Shown here in pieces: positions 1 to 12,719 of a stretch of DNA of 64,000 nt. This DNA is from Octopus vulgaris (Eukaryota), in assembly GCA_951406725.2 (NCBI GenBank), contig OX597822.1:28954001-29018000 (forward strand), in the 5' to 3' direction. Every line of letters begins with the position of its first letter. Within the stretch, counting starts at the first letter, position 1. The position numbers and the translations under genes were made by a program. Below the pieces are notes generated by a model that did no database searches, was not told the origin of the DNA, and worked only from the letters and a program-made list of their open reading frames with translations.

Positions 1-159
1 TTACATCGATCCCAGTGCGTAACTGGTACTTATTTAATCGACCCCGAAAGGATGAAAGGCAAAGTCAACTTCGGCGGAATTTGAACTCAGAACGTAACGG
101 CAGACGAAATACCGCTAAATATTTCGCCCAGCGTGCTAACGTTTCTGCCAGCTCGCCGC
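1..159 (-). mobile_element. tRNA-derived SINE, family A (truncated by the window edge)
   Basis: Reverse complement of the element at 16833-17060 (GGCGAGCTGGCAGAAACGTTAGC...GTTCAAATTCC...GCCTTTCATCCTTTCGGGGTCGAT). Confidence 0.9.
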
Positions 160-411
160 ATTTTTTTCCCACAGATATTAACAACGGAAATGATGAGGCC
201 TGAAGTGAAATAGTTACAAATAGCTAAGATGATACGTGGTAATATGAAGTAAATTTGATTGCTATTCATTACAGTTCAAACTGCTGAGTAGAGGCTTTCT
301 CTTTGACTCACGTTATTGTTTTTGATGTACTTATTGTTTTAGTTTTTTCTTCTTGTTGAACTTATTTTTTAAATTTTATTTTTTTGTTTCTTTTTTCTTC
401 CATTAATTCAG

Positions 412-511
412 ACAATAATTTCCTTGAATCTGCTGCTGCCGCTACACTAGCAGCAATTTCATTGGGTCATTTTGAGAATCAAAACTTCATAGTTGCGGCC
501 GGTGCAGCGGA
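412..511 (+). CDS. ANKAR: ANKAR-like gene, first visible internal exon (NNFLESAAAATLAAISLGHFENQNFIVAAGAAE)
   Basis: Polypyrimidine tract with CAG acceptor ending at 411, GTAAGT donor at 512, ARM-repeat-like peptide, phase-compatible with the next exon. Confidence 0.85.
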
Positions 512-845
512 GTAAGTAAGCTCAAATATTCTACATTATGTTATTAACAGTCGTTTCTGAACAGCATGTGGGGTGGGGGTGAACCTTGCTTCCCAACCAT
601 GTTGTTTCAGGTTCAATCCCACTGTGTGACATAGAATCTTCAGCAAGTGTCTTCTACTATAGCCTCAAGACGATCAAAGCTTTGTGAGGCGGGTATTTGG
701 TAGACGGAAGCTGAAAGAAGCCATTGACATCATTTGATGTTGTAAACGAACGGCATTCATTTCCAGTCATCCGTCAAAACCATGTCTGGCCATGGGAAAA
801 TATTACCTTGATATGATAATGATGATAATATGATAAAGACAGCAT

Positions 846-1310
846 TCACCCGGGCTGGGTTGAGCTGACTTCATTCATCCTCAATGCTGCATCTCTCACA
901 AACGCCGACCAGGCCTGGCGATTTGAGGCTAACGACCGCGTGATCTCCAACCACTCCTTATTCCAGCGGCGAACGCCATAGATATGGGGGCCTAAGTTGG
1001 GTTCCAGATCAGCCTTGACTGTCATCGGCCAGGGTTTTTCGTTGTCCACCACATCGCTTTCGCCAACCCTGAAGGGGAGCTGGGGCAATTGCTTCGTAGA
1101 TGAATTCTCCTGGTTGACGACGGAGGGCATGACCCAGCCAACGCAGACGTTTTGTTAGGATGACTTGTTGGAGGGAGGTGATTTTGCACTGGTGTCGCAC
1201 CGAATTGTTGGAGACAAAGTGATGCCATCGGACACGGATGATGCGGCGTAGGCAGATATGGGTTGGCAACAGGAAAGGCATCTGGCTGTAGAAGATCTGC
1301 CTGAAATAAT
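846..1310 (-). mobile_element. 3' fragment of a non-LTR retrotransposon ORF2, RTE-like
   Basis: LRRIIRVRW...RLRWLGHALRR...WRKRCGGQRKT, then frameshifted ...LASNRQAW; typical post-RT C-terminus. Confidence 0.8.
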
Positions 1311-1394
1311 TCTTACTGACCAACGCAAACATAGAGAAGTAGAAATTGAAACGATGATTTTGTGAGTGTGTGTGTGTGTGTGTGTTCAAAACAT

Positions 1395-1640
1395 TTACAC
1401 AAACAGGCAGCTCACCCGTGAGGGTACTTGGCTTTTCCAGCAGCTTAGCCTCGCTGTCATCCATGGTAATGCTGCAAGCGTGCTGGCTTGCTTCCATGGG
1501 TTGCCTTGTGGTGTGCGACTAATTGAAGCATTTGGTGCTGTATTGGTGCTTTTCTTTTTCTCCTTCTCCCTTTTTTTGGTTTCTTTTTCCTTGTTTTTCT
1601 TTTGTTAAATAAATTCCTGTTCATTATTTTGAATAAAAGA
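1395..1640 (+). mobile_element. 3' end of a CRE-like (RLE) non-LTR retrotransposon
   Basis: WLFQQLSLAVIHGNAASVLAC resembles the LFQRLSIAxQRGNAxSVL terminus of CRE-clade elements; followed by AATAAA motifs. Confidence 0.6.
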
Positions 1641-1792
1641 TAATTGCTGAAAAAAAAAATGAACAATTTCCAGCGGAGAATTTTTTAAAATGGTGGTGGT
1701 GGTAATGTTGTTGCTATTGCTGTTGTTGTTGTTGTTGTTCTGGCTGTACTTTCATTTAATTCACATATTAAATACTCTTTAAAAATTAACAG

Positions 1793-1940
1793 ACCACTGG
1801 TGAATCTTACTCGAAGTCGGAACGTCGTGCTACAAGTGAAAGGAGCCAGAGCAATCGAAGCTCTTGCCGAGAAGAACCCGAATAACCAAAGTGTGTTTCT
1901 TAAACTGGGTGCAGCAGAAGCACTTGCTCAACTTCTTAAG
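1793..1940 (+). CDS. ANKAR: ANKAR-like exon (PLVNLTRSRNVVLQVKGARAIEALAEKNPNNQSVFLKLGAAEALAQLLK)
   Basis: AG at 1791-1792, GT at 1941, armadillo-repeat peptide, in frame with neighbours. Confidence 0.9.
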
Positions 1941-2528
1941 GTGAATTTCAATAAACCTGTTTCCCACTTTTCTAGAAATTTTTCATTTTCTTTATATCTT
2001 AACTTTAACGTTTTACCTATAATTAATGCGAAGAGCTGGCAGAATCGTTAGACCATCAAACAAAATAACTTGCAGTATTTGTTCCAGCTCTTTACATTCT
2101 GAGACAAATTCCCACTAAAATCAACTTTGCTGTTTATTCCTCAATAAAATAAAGTACAAGTCAGGTACTGGAGTCAATAGTATTGATTAACTCACTTCCC
2201 CTCAAAATTGCTGGCTTTGTGCTTAAATCAGGGCTTAATTTATTGAACTTAGATTGATTATTGTCAATGTGGACCATATTATCTACACTGCCATAATATC
2301 TAATTCTCTGTCCTCGGAGTTTTTTATCTTTTATTATTTTGGTGGGGAGGATGTTTTGTAGTATTGCTTCTAACTGTTTATGCTAAGAGTTCAAATAATA
2401 CTTTTGCTTTCATCTACTCAAAGTACCAGTTAAGTACTGGTGTCACTGGTCTCAAATAGTCCCCCTCCACCAAAATGTTGCTAGCCTTGTACCTAATCAG
2501 AAACCATTATTTAGCTCCAGGAAAGTCA

Positions 2529-3175
2529 GTGAGCTGGTAGAATCATTAGCATAAGGCGGTGAGGTGGCAGAAACGTTAGCACGCTGGGCGAAATGCTTAG
2601 CGATATTCCATCTGCCACTACGTTGTGAGTTCAAATTCAGCCGAGGTCGACTCTGCCTTTCATCCTTTCAGGGTCGATAAATTAAGTACCAGTTACGCAC
2701 TGGGGTCAATGTAATCGACTTAATCCCTTTGTCTGTCCTTGTTTGTCCCCTCTGTGTTTAGCCCCTTGTGGGTAGTAAAGAAATAGGTATTTCATCTGTC
2801 TTTACGTTCTGAGTTCAAATTCTGCTGAGGTCGACTTTGCCCTTTCATCCTTTCAGGGTTGATAAATTAAGTACCAGTTATGCACTGGAGTCAATGTAAT
2901 CGACTTAATCCCTTTGTCTGTCCTTGTTTGTTCCCTCTACGTTTAGCCCCTTGTGGGCAATAAAGAAATAAGAATCATTAATTAGCATGCTGGGCAAGAT
3001 GCTTAGAGGCGTTTCTTCTATCTTAACATTCTGAATTCAAATGCTGTCAAGGTTGACTTTGCCTTTCATCTTTTTGAGGGTCAATGAATTAAATACTAGT
3101 TGAGCACTGGGGCCAATGTAATCAACTAGCCCCTCCCCAGAAATTTCAGACTTTGTACCTATAGTAGAAAGAATT
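2529..3175 (+). mobile_element. Nested cluster of family-A SINEs
   Basis: An older copy interrupted by a younger copy and a duplicated 3' half; AGAATCATTA repeated at 2539-2548 and 2971-2980. Other decayed copies at ~2030-2230, 3510-3710, 4480-4620, 9480-9640. Confidence 0.85.
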
Positions 3176-3950
3176 ATTTAACTCAATATTAAAAACTGAG
3201 TAAGCAAACATATGCCAAAAGGCACTGCAGCTTTGAGAACTACAGAATCTAATGTTCTGATGCAAGCATGGACAACGTTCGTTTGAGAAGCTTGCCACAT
3301 GAGGCACACAACTAGAAAAAATTCAAAGTAATATTTCATTAAGCATGCCATTCAGAAAGTTTAACAGACTGCATGCCAAAGTTTCACGTTTTGTAATTTA
3401 AGACCATAAGGTGTGAACTGAGAAAGATTTAACTATTATTTCTAGCACTTGATCAACTGTCTACTATCTAGAAGCTTTCTTTTATTTCTTTAAGTATCTC
3501 AAAAGCTGCAAGCTGACAGAATCATTAGCATGCCATGCAAAATCTTTGCGGCATTTCGTCTGCTTTTACGTTCAGGGTTCACATTCCACCAAGGTCAACT
3601 TTGCTTTCATCTTTACAGGGTTGATAAAAGAAGTACCAGCTGAGCATTGGGGTCAATGTTCTTGACTTACCCCTCCCCCAAAATTGCGGGCCTTGTGCAT
3701 AAATTTAGAACCATTTCTCTAAGAATCTTAAATTTCATGTCTATATTACTCCCATTGATATAAAGTTAAAGGTATTTAGAGGAATGAAGATGGATATTTT
3801 TAAAAGTCATGTTTTGCACAGAAAAGTCATTCCAATTGGAAATTTCACTCAGGTTGCAGAAATGGCTCACTATGACAGTAATTAAAACCATCAACCATGT
3901 TTCATTTGTTCCAAGAAAAATTAAAAATCTCATTTTCTTTTTCTGCTTAG

Positions 3951-4107
3951 AGTATCAATGGCAATGAAAGAGAGCAAGGTGCCTGTGCCCTCTGGGCTTT
4001 GGCAGGTCATACACGTCCTCAACAGAAGATAATTGCAGAAACCATTGGCATTTCCAATATAATTAAGATGTTACTTGAAAACAAATCAGAGAAATTACTT
4101 TTAGTCG
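3951..4107 (+). CDS. ANKAR: ANKAR-like exon (SINGNEREQGACALWALAGHTRPQQKIIAETIGISNIIKMLLENKSEKLLLV)
   Basis: TAG acceptor, GTAAGT donor; EQGAxALWALAG..QQK matches vertebrate ANKAR as recalled. Confidence 0.92.
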
Positions 4108-4634
4108 GTAAGTTTAGAATCAATTTATCTTTTAACTGTTTTAGTCTTTGTTCTGTGACCATACTGGGGCACTACCTTGTCAGACTGTCCAACCATGCCA
4201 GCATCAAAAACAAACGTTAACCGATGATGATGATGATATATATATATATAGTGTATATATCTATATATATAAAACTCAACTTGTGTGTCTGTGTGTGTGT
4301 CTGTGTGTTTAACTTCCTGGCACATCTCCTCCTAGCCAACAAATCGTAGAACCACCAAAAATGGGTCACTTAAAGTTTAGGCAAATGAAAATTGAACCGC
4401 GCTATTTCTGTTCCAAAATTCATCTCGCAAGTGCAAAAATCGATAATGTGTTTGTTTAGGCCTTATCCCATGCATTGAATAGTGAACTTTACTCAGTTAC
4501 ATTCTGATTTCAAATTCCGCCGAGGTCGGCTTTCCTTTTCATCATTTCAGGGTCGATTAAAAACTGTACCAGTTGCACACTAGGGTCGATATAATTGACT
4601 TAATCCTTTTGTCTGTCATTCTTTGTCTTCCGAG

Positions 4635-4636
<2 letters not shown>

Positions 4637-4670
<34 letters not shown>

Positions 4671-4873
4671 CAGTGACAGAGAGAGAGGGAGAGGGACAGA
4701 GAGAGAGGGAGAGAGAGTGGGGGACAGAGAGTGTGATAGAGAGAGTGAGAGATGGAGAGAGTGAGAAAGACAGAATGAGAGAGAGAGTGAGAGAGAAAGA
4801 GTGAAATAGAGAGTTAGAGAGATAGTGAGAGAGTGAGATAGAGAATGAGAGAGAAAGCCGGGTAATACTGCTA

Positions 4874-4920
<47 letters not shown>
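4637..4920. repeat. (GA)n-derived tract followed by (TA)n microsatellite
   Basis: Seen directly; explains the SLSL/ERER ORFs. Confidence 0.95.
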
Positions 4921-4924
<4 letters not shown>

Positions 4925-4931
4925 CATACAT

Positions 4932-5108
4932 AGGCACAGGAGTAACTGTGTGGTAGGTAGCCTGCTTACCAATCACATGGTTCCGGATTCAGTCCTGCTG
5001 CATGGCACCTTGAGCAAGTGTCTTCTACTATATATGTATGTGTACATATATATATATACATACAATTCAAACATATAAGGGATGGCTATAATAATATATA
5101 TATACATA

Positions 5109-5164
<56 letters not shown>

Positions 5165-5337
5165 ATATGTATATGATAGGCTTCATTCAGTTTCTGTCTA
5201 CCAAATCCACTCACAAAGCTTTGGTTGGCCCCAAGGCTATAATAGAAGACACTTGCCCATGGTGCTATGCAGAGGGACTGAACCCAGAACCATGTGGTTG
5301 GGAAGTAAGCTTCTTACCACACACCATGCCTACACCT
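4932..5337. mobile_element. Two family-B tRNA-derived SINE heads in opposite orientation, separated by (TA)n
   Basis: GGCACAGGAG..TGTGTGGTA..GGTTCCGGATTCAGTCC..GCACCTTGAGCAAGTGTCTTCTAC at 4932-5030; its reverse complement at ~5178-5337. Confidence 0.85.
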
Positions 5338-5421
5338 AAGTTGGTCTCCTTTATGATTTTCATGAAATTTCTTACATATTAACAACGAACTGAATTGAAT
5401 TTTATTGAATTTTTCTTTGAG

Positions 5422-5583
5422 GTTGCCTCTCGGCCATTGGACTGGTCAAAGAAGATCTTGTTAATCAAAGCAACATGGTTAAAGCAGATGCACTGCAACA
5501 GCTAGTTCGGCTTCTCAACGGGAACCATCTTTCTCAACAAGTTACCACAATGGTAGTGAAAGTTCTGGGAGTGCTGTGTATTG
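5422..5583 (+). CDS. ANKAR: ANKAR-like exon (GCLSAIGLVKEDLVNQSNMVKADALQQLVRLLNG...VLGVLCI)
   Basis: GAG acceptor after a U-rich tract, GTAAGA donor, phase 1-1, ARM peptide. Confidence 0.85.
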
Positions 5584-5734
5584 GTAAGATGCTAGAAATT
5601 TATCTAAATACAAATTTCAGTTACATTCAATCACAAGAAGTAATTCCTAAGCCATATTTTTTTTTTCTCTTAAGAAAGCCAAATTTCATTTTTTAAAAAA
5701 ACTGTTCCCAGCCTGACCATGTTTTAGTTACATA

Positions 5735-6098
5735 CTAGCACTATGACCTGGCAACACCGGGTCATAGTGCTAGTGCATACATATACAGCTGCGTGCGTTC
5801 ACACATACACATGAGTACTGTCCAAATCTCCGACTAATTACATACAGATAGCTGGCATTCAATTGGCGTATCAAGTTTCAGGCATTTTGATTGGGTTTTG
5901 GATAGAAAATTCACAAAAAAGTCACTTCCATTGATTTTTTAATGGCTTTGCGGGGTGACTGGGGAAATGTAATGATGTGCACGACCACCCATAGGCGGTT
6001 TTGAATGACCATAGAGAGTGCAAGCCCTCTAACTGAAAAATTGTGGATTTGTATAAAGGATACACACACAGACATTTTGCCATTTATATAAATAGAGA
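5735..6098 (-). mobile_element. Non-autonomous Helitron-type element
   Basis: 5' TC and 3' CTAG on the minus strand with terminal hairpin CTAGCACTATGACC...GGTCATAGTGCTAG; near-identical copy at 62064-62429. Confidence 0.8.
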
Positions 6099-6347
6099 TA
6101 ATATAATGGAGTTCTGATCAAAGCACACCATTTAACTTATCATAACTTTCTTATTTTTTAGTATTTTGAGAAAACTTTCACAAATTTGTATTCTACACAT
6201 TATCTCATACAATTATGCAAAAGGAACAAGTTTCGGATTTAAATTTTTCATTCCCTCACCTCTAAATCCAAAAAAATTTTTACATAAAAATGTTATGGCA
6301 GGTTCAATGGTATTCTTCGATCAGGACCCTGCCAATATAATGTATGA

Positions 6348-6620
6348 TCTAGTGATTAGAGTGCTGCACTCACAATCATGAAATCATGGGTTCAATTCTC
6401 AGACTAGGTGGTGCATTGTGTTCTTGAGCAAAAGACTTCATCTCCTGTTGCCCAGTAATCACTTTGGCATCTGATGTGCAGTACACTGTTCACCTGTTCA
6501 GGTAACATCAATTTGATGGAGGGAGTGAAATTAGGAGCAACATAAGCAGTCGATCACTATAAACAAATTATTTGTGCAGGTCGTTAGGCAAGAAATTGCA
6601 GAACCCTCATCTGTTGTTGA
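6348..6620 (+). mobile_element. Decayed tRNA-derived SINE, family D
   Basis: A/B-box-like CTAGTGATTAG...GGTTCAATTC, then GTGTTCTTGAGCAAAAGACTTCAT; related copy on the minus strand at ~30990-31110. Confidence 0.6.
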
Positions 6621-6916
6621 TTAATGAAACAATGATGGGAGAGTTCATAATATGTGTGTGTGTGTGTGTGTGTGTAATTGTGGGGTAATTGAATTCATAC
6701 ATACACCCATACATATTTAGGTGGACAGAATAAAAGAATAAAAGAACTAAATCATATATGGACCCCACAAGGGCCATGTGAGGAGGTTTGATGGCAGAAT
6801 CGATAGATCCTCAATGGAAATATCTTGTGCTATTTGGTTGTTTGGTTTAAATCCTGCCCAGGTCCACATTGACAGTAATCAATCTAAGTTCAATAAAATA
6901 AGCCCTGATACCGTAA

Positions 6917-7136
6917 CCCTTTAGCATTTAATCTGGCCAAATCCAGCCCAAATATTCTACCTGTTTTATGTTCAAATCGGCCAGATCCTGCCTCTCACAC
7001 CTACCCAACAATATCCTTTTGAAAATTTACAATCACATCATCAAAATCTCAACACTACAATGTGAGAAATGATTAGTTGAAAACAATTTGGAAGAATAAA
7101 TATTATATTTGTCAGAGTAATGTGAATGCTAAAGGG
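6917..7136. mobile_element. piggyBac-type MITE (220 bp)
   Basis: 12-bp TIRs CCCTTTAGCATT/AATGCTAAAGGG flanked by GTAA and TTAA (degenerate TTAA TSD). Confidence 0.75.
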
Positions 7137-7277
7137 TTAAATGGCAATCCCCTAATATGTCCCTAATCCAGCTGTTGAAACCATCATCACAAAAACATAT
7201 TATTATGATAAAAAATTGTTTAATTGTATAACAGTATATTGATATAGTGCTTCTATATTTGTATCTAATAAATCCAG

Positions 7278-7507
7278 GTGTTGCTTACACCAATAATGAA
7301 TATGTACAGTCAAAAATCGCTGAAGAAGGTGCAATACCTGTTTTGATTCAGCTACAAGATGATTCCTCATGTCCAGAGATGCAAGTAGAAATTCTCACAA
7401 CATTGGCATGTATTGTTCTACAGAACCAAAATAACCAGACATTGCTTTCAAATGAGATGAAATTCAATTGGAATTGTCTCCTGAATTTGCTACAGTCTCC
7501 AAAACAG
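7278..7507 (+). CDS. ANKAR: ANKAR-like exon (GVAYTNNEYVQSKIAEEGAIPVLIQL...LACIVLQN...SPKQ)
   Basis: CAG acceptor, GTGAGT donor; GVA.T.N..Q and PVLIQL...LACIVL motifs as recalled for ANKAR. Confidence 0.92.
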
Positions 7508-7578
7508 GTGAGTAAAAGTTAATTTTTTAAACATAAACCCATGTAGTTGCTTAACTGAATTTATGCTTTTATAGTTTT

Positions 7579-7610
<32 letters not shown>

Positions 7611-7613
<3 letters not shown>

Positions 7614-9204
7614 AGTAGAGATACCCAGCGTTGCCCGTGTTACATGCAATTGAAGAATTAGACTCTTCTGTTATATTTTCTGTAATGAACTGGAATACCT
7701 ATGTTTCGAATTTCATCAAAATTGCAGATGAGGGTTATTTCCCTCTTTACACATCCTAAAAAAATTGTAATCGTACTACATGTATCCCATACTACTGATT
7801 TTTATGCACATATTCCAAAATTCCAGCCTTATAGAACCTGTTAAATGGATTTTGCTCCTAAAAAATGGAGGTCATGGAGCTCTAGAATGTGAGAATTAAG
7901 GCCCCTATTGGGGGTGGGTGTCTTAATGTCAACCAGCGAAGTTGAATTGTTGAGAACCTTTAACTTGGGTCTTATATCTATTGTTTGAATTTCTTTTGAA
8001 ATATATATTCACTGGGTTTGTAAAAGAGAACAAAGCTACAGGAAACCAAAAGACACAATAAGCAGTCAGCTACCCTACCCTTGTCGTTACCACTCCCAAT
8101 GTAGGATTCCACACCATCCAGGTGACAGGCACAGCCGTAAGATGCAATTGGAAGGGTGTGATCCAACTGAAATAAACATTAACAACTGTGTGATGTGAGG
8201 GCTAAGGAGAAATGAAAGTGTCACCTCTGGAGTTTGCAAATGACCACTATACTGATACGTAACTGGACAGAATAAATTTACAGTCTATAAATGTCTTTGA
8301 ATAAGCAGTCACTCATCTGGAAAGGCCTTGAAATCATTGTTACCATATGGGGACTATGTGTGACCCAGTGATAATAAAAAGACTGAAAGGAGGTCTGCAA
8401 TCAAATAACTTTACTCAACACTTTGCAACTGAATCATTGGAAGCAAAGATACCTCTCATTTACTTGACAATTTATGCAGCACATTGCAGAAATCACAATC
8501 TAAGTGTATGTCAAAGCAAACTCTTACACTGTTGTACCATTGAATTACAAATAATGCTCATCTTTTATGCTCAGGTGACCCTACAGCTTCCAAGAGTACA
8601 ACTGTATTCTTTGCTTAGATAAAATGACTAAATTGTGGGGTCTTTCTAACTTGTAAGAAGATGAATTTTATAAATATTACTTCATTTGTGTCTAATATCT
8701 TGGTTAAAATTTCATCAACAGCAAAAATATATGAATTATCATGGGGGTTATGACCCTTATGCATAGAATATAATTTCCAAATTTCGTAAAAGTCCATTCA
8801 GTACTTTTGACCTAGTTTTGGATTATAAAAGAAATGACTAAAATTTGGGAGTTAAGGCCCCCATTAGGGTGTCTTAGAATCTTCATGTGAAGTGGAAACT
8901 TGGAGAATACTTCTTGATGTGTGTCAATTACCCATGGTTGAAATTTCATCAACATTGAAAATTTATGAATTTTCATGGGGATTCTGCCCCCTTTAAGCCA
9001 TCAGAAATTCAAACCAAACATATTGCATTATACCTGCCCTTATGCATTGAATCTAAGTTTCAAATATCATAAGGATCCATTCAGTAATTTTGGTCCGTGA
9101 AATTGCATGAAACACACAGCATTACCCTTCCCACTAGGCTTGGATTTTGTGTTCTAAATTTCATCATGAATGGATCCTTATGATATTTGAAACTTAGATT
9201 CAAT
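7611..9204 (-). mobile_element. Decayed Helitron-like or composite repeat with internal subrepeats
   Basis: ACAAGTAGAGATACCCAGCGTTGCCCG resembles a reversed Helitron 3' end; recurring AATTTCATCAA and TTAAGGCCCC..ATT.GGG subrepeats; boundaries uncertain. Confidence 0.45.
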
Positions 9205-10258
9205 TCTTCTTTCCCTTTTCCCCCACTTCCATCCCTCCTTCACAATATCATCCCCACCCACACGCTATTTCCCTTCCTCTTCCTTCTGCCATGCTTATCT
9301 TAACACCTTACATATCTACTATCATTTCCAGTGCCCCCTCTTGTCTTCCACCATACTCACTAACTATAACTGCTCCTTGTCTACACCCCACCAATTCTAT
9401 GCCTTGCTCATCATTTTCTACTCCAAGAGCCACCCCTATCTCTCTCTTCCTACCTAATTCCCATACTGATATTTCTCTTTATGTTTTGAATTCAAATCTC
9501 ACCGAGGCTGACTTTGCCTTTCATCCTTTCACGGATCAATAAAATAACGTAGCAGTCCAGTACTGGATCACTTTGATCAGTTAATATCCCTCCACCACCA
9601 TCACCACCAATTGTGTGGCTTTGTATAAATGTTAGATATAATTTGATAAGGATTTCTTACATTGGTTCAAAGCTGCAAAGGAGAAATAGAAGATAAAATT
9701 ATCATCCACAGAAACAACCTTTTGTCATCATCATTTAACATCTGTTGTCCACACTGGCATGGGCTGGACAATGTGACCAGAGCTGGCAAGCTGGGGGCTG
9801 CACCAGACTCCAGTTTCATTTGGTTTGGTTTCCATGGCTGGATGCCTTTTCTAACACCAACCACTTTACAGAGTGTACTGGGTGCTTTTATGCGGCACCA
9901 CACAGGTACTTTTACATGGTACTGCATGGACACTTTTACATAGTGCCACACTGGTGCTCTTATGCAGCACTGCATGAGCACTGCATATGGCACTGCAGTG
10001 TGGAACAAAATCAGACATTGAACTCAAAATATAGAGGAACTAAATCTAAAAACTACAAAGAATTTAAACTGGTGCTCTGCTGTATTTTTTTTTTTATCAG
10101 GGCACATTTGACTATTACTATGAAAAAGTGCCAATAAAAGTCCAGAACTTACAGGACTGCCAAGATAAATCTAGGAATCCAGGACTTACTACTTCAAACC
10201 TTAAGTTCTTCAACCCTGCCTTAATAAAAATAAAATATTTATTTGTTTATTCTTATAG

Positions 10259-10417
10259 GACATACGTTTACGCAGTGGAATGGCATTGACAATATTTTCA
10301 TTTAATAACTTATCCTACCAATATTCCATACGTCATACAGGAGCCATTGATTACAGTATATATGAAGAATTTTTGGAGTCACCTGATCCATATTTCAGAT
10401 CATATGCAGCGTTTCAG
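10259..10417 (+). CDS. ANKAR: ANKAR-like exon (DIRLRSGMALTIFSFNNLSYQY...FLESPDPYFRSYAAFQ)
   Basis: TAG acceptor, GTAATT donor, phase 0-0; absent from the ORF track but open and ANKAR-like (DI.LR.G.ALT.F.FNN, AAFQ). Confidence 0.9.
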
Positions 10418-10908
10418 GTAATTTGAAGGACATAAAATATTTTCCTTTTTGTTTGTTTTTTTTCTATTATATTCCTGTATTTTCTATCTTCACCTATATT
10501 AATGAAAGGTGTTGCAATAATAAAGTTACCTTTCAGCATCCTTTACAAATTTGCCAGGGAGTTAAATCCTTTCTCTCCATGGATAACCTACAAATCTATA
10601 ATAGATTTTTTTTTTTGTAACTACACTAAAAATACAGTTCAGTTTAATTCAGTATTACAGACCAGGTAAGACTTATTGAGTAATGTCATTTTGGGTTGTA
10701 CAAGATATGATATTGTGTGCATATGTGTAAGTTCTAGTTATATATTGTAATACATTTGATGCTGTATCCTGCAAGAAATTTGTTTCCCTATCAGATGGTT
10801 CCAGGTTCAGTCCCATTGCATAGCACTTCAGGCAAGTGTCTTCTGCTATAACTCTGGGCTGACAAAAGCCTTGTGAGTGGATTTAGTCGAAGGAAACTGA
10901 AAGAAGCT

Positions 10909-10945
<37 letters not shown>

Positions 10946-12719
10946 ATGGTTTCGATTTTAGTTGTAATGGGAGAAATTGATTGGTAAATGTTATTATGAA
11001 TTATTGGAGGAGGCAGTGGTAACAATAATGATTTGTGGTTGTTATTGTTTACTGTAAGATGTGAAAGAATGAACAATGCATGAAGTTTTAAGAAAATATT
11101 AATTTACTGTTACATTACAATACCATGCCTCGACAGGCAGGTTATGATAAATCCAAAAGCATGTGAAGTTTTGTTTGGGTTCTCATCATTGTTTAATAGT
11201 AATTGCAGAGACAGATAGAATGATGTTGTAAGAGAACAGAATCAGAGCTAGTGAGAATTGTAGGGTGTTGTCTAACAGTAAACTTCATTTCTCCCTCTGA
11301 CCAAGGTTGGTCAACCAGACCTCATTAAGTCGTCAGTCACGATGTTACTGACTGATTTTTGCTTGGGCTGTTGTGCTTGCTTATATTAAGATCCAGAAGG
11401 ATAGATATATCATTGAGAACAATAGATTTAGTTGGTGGTCTTGTTATCTATTCTAGCTTTTGGTGAAGTAGAAGAGCTTAGAAAGGATCAAGTGGTGAAG
11501 ACATTATTTTGGCCTAGCTAAAGGCATCTGGAAAAAGTAAAACTGCTGCCAAAGAAAAACCATTGTTCCACCGTGGGAAAAGTTCTGTAGCAGTGTTAGC
11601 TTAAATTTGCCTATAGTGGATCAAATCCACTTCATGCATGCAAGATTCGCTACACACATATATATACACACACACATACACGTGTGTGTGTCTGTGGATG
11701 TTTGTATTTGTACCTTCACATCACTAGACAACTTGTGTTGGTTTGTTTACATACCCTTATTTAAACAATTCAGCAAAAGATCATTCCCAGTACAATAAGT
11801 ACTGGCAACGATTTGTTCAACTAAACACTTGAAGGTGGTGCCCCAAGCATGGGTGCAGTCCAATAGCTGACACAAGTCATCATCATCATCATCATGATCA
11901 TAATTTAATGTTTGCTTTACATGCTGGCATGGGTTAGACAGCTTAACTGGAACTGGTAAGCCAGAGAGCTACACCAGGTTCCAGTCTGAATTTGGTTTGG
12001 TTTCTATAGCTGGGTGCCCTTCCTAATGCCAACCACTCCAAGAGTGTAATGGGCACCTTTTACACGTCACTGGCACAGAAGCTGTGATGTGTCACTGGTA
12101 CCAGCTACAACTAAGATTTCACTTGGCTTGACAAATCTTCTCAAGCACAACAAATCGATAAAGATCACAATCACTTGTCATCACCTCCATGAGACACCAC
12201 ATTCGGTCCCTTTTCCCAAACTGCTAAGTTACAGGGATGTAAACACATCGGTTGTCAAGCGATGTTGGGAGGACAAACACAGATACACACATATATACGA
12301 CGGGCTTCTTTCAGCTTCCGTCTACCAAGTCCACTTTCAAGGGCCTTTGGTTGGCCTGAGGCTATAGTAGGAGACACTTTCCCAAGGTGCCACGCAGTGG
12401 GACTGAACCCGGAACCATGTGGTTGGTAAGCAAGCTACTTACCACACAGCCACTCCTGCACCTATATTTATTTTATTATAAATGCAAAACAATACCAAAG
12501 AGGAATCGATGTAAGCTTGAATAGTAAACAGCAATATGGCAAGGGATTAATGTATATATTTACATACATACATTCATACATATGTGTATATGTGCACATA
12601 TATATATGCATGTGGATATATCTGTAGGAATGAATGACTGTAGGTGATGGGTGTGTATGTATATAGTTCAGCTTATATGTACACATGTATGTATATTGTC
12701 TAAATTTCTTATCCTCTAG

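Noticed and set aside
4557-5382. SLSL, ERER and YIYI ORFs
   Set aside because: Translations of (GA)n and (TA)n microsatellites and SINEs
10942-11570. Possible solo LTR (TG start, CA end, TATA- and poly(A)-like motifs)
   Set aside because: No convincing TSD, terminal inverted repeat or second copy in the window
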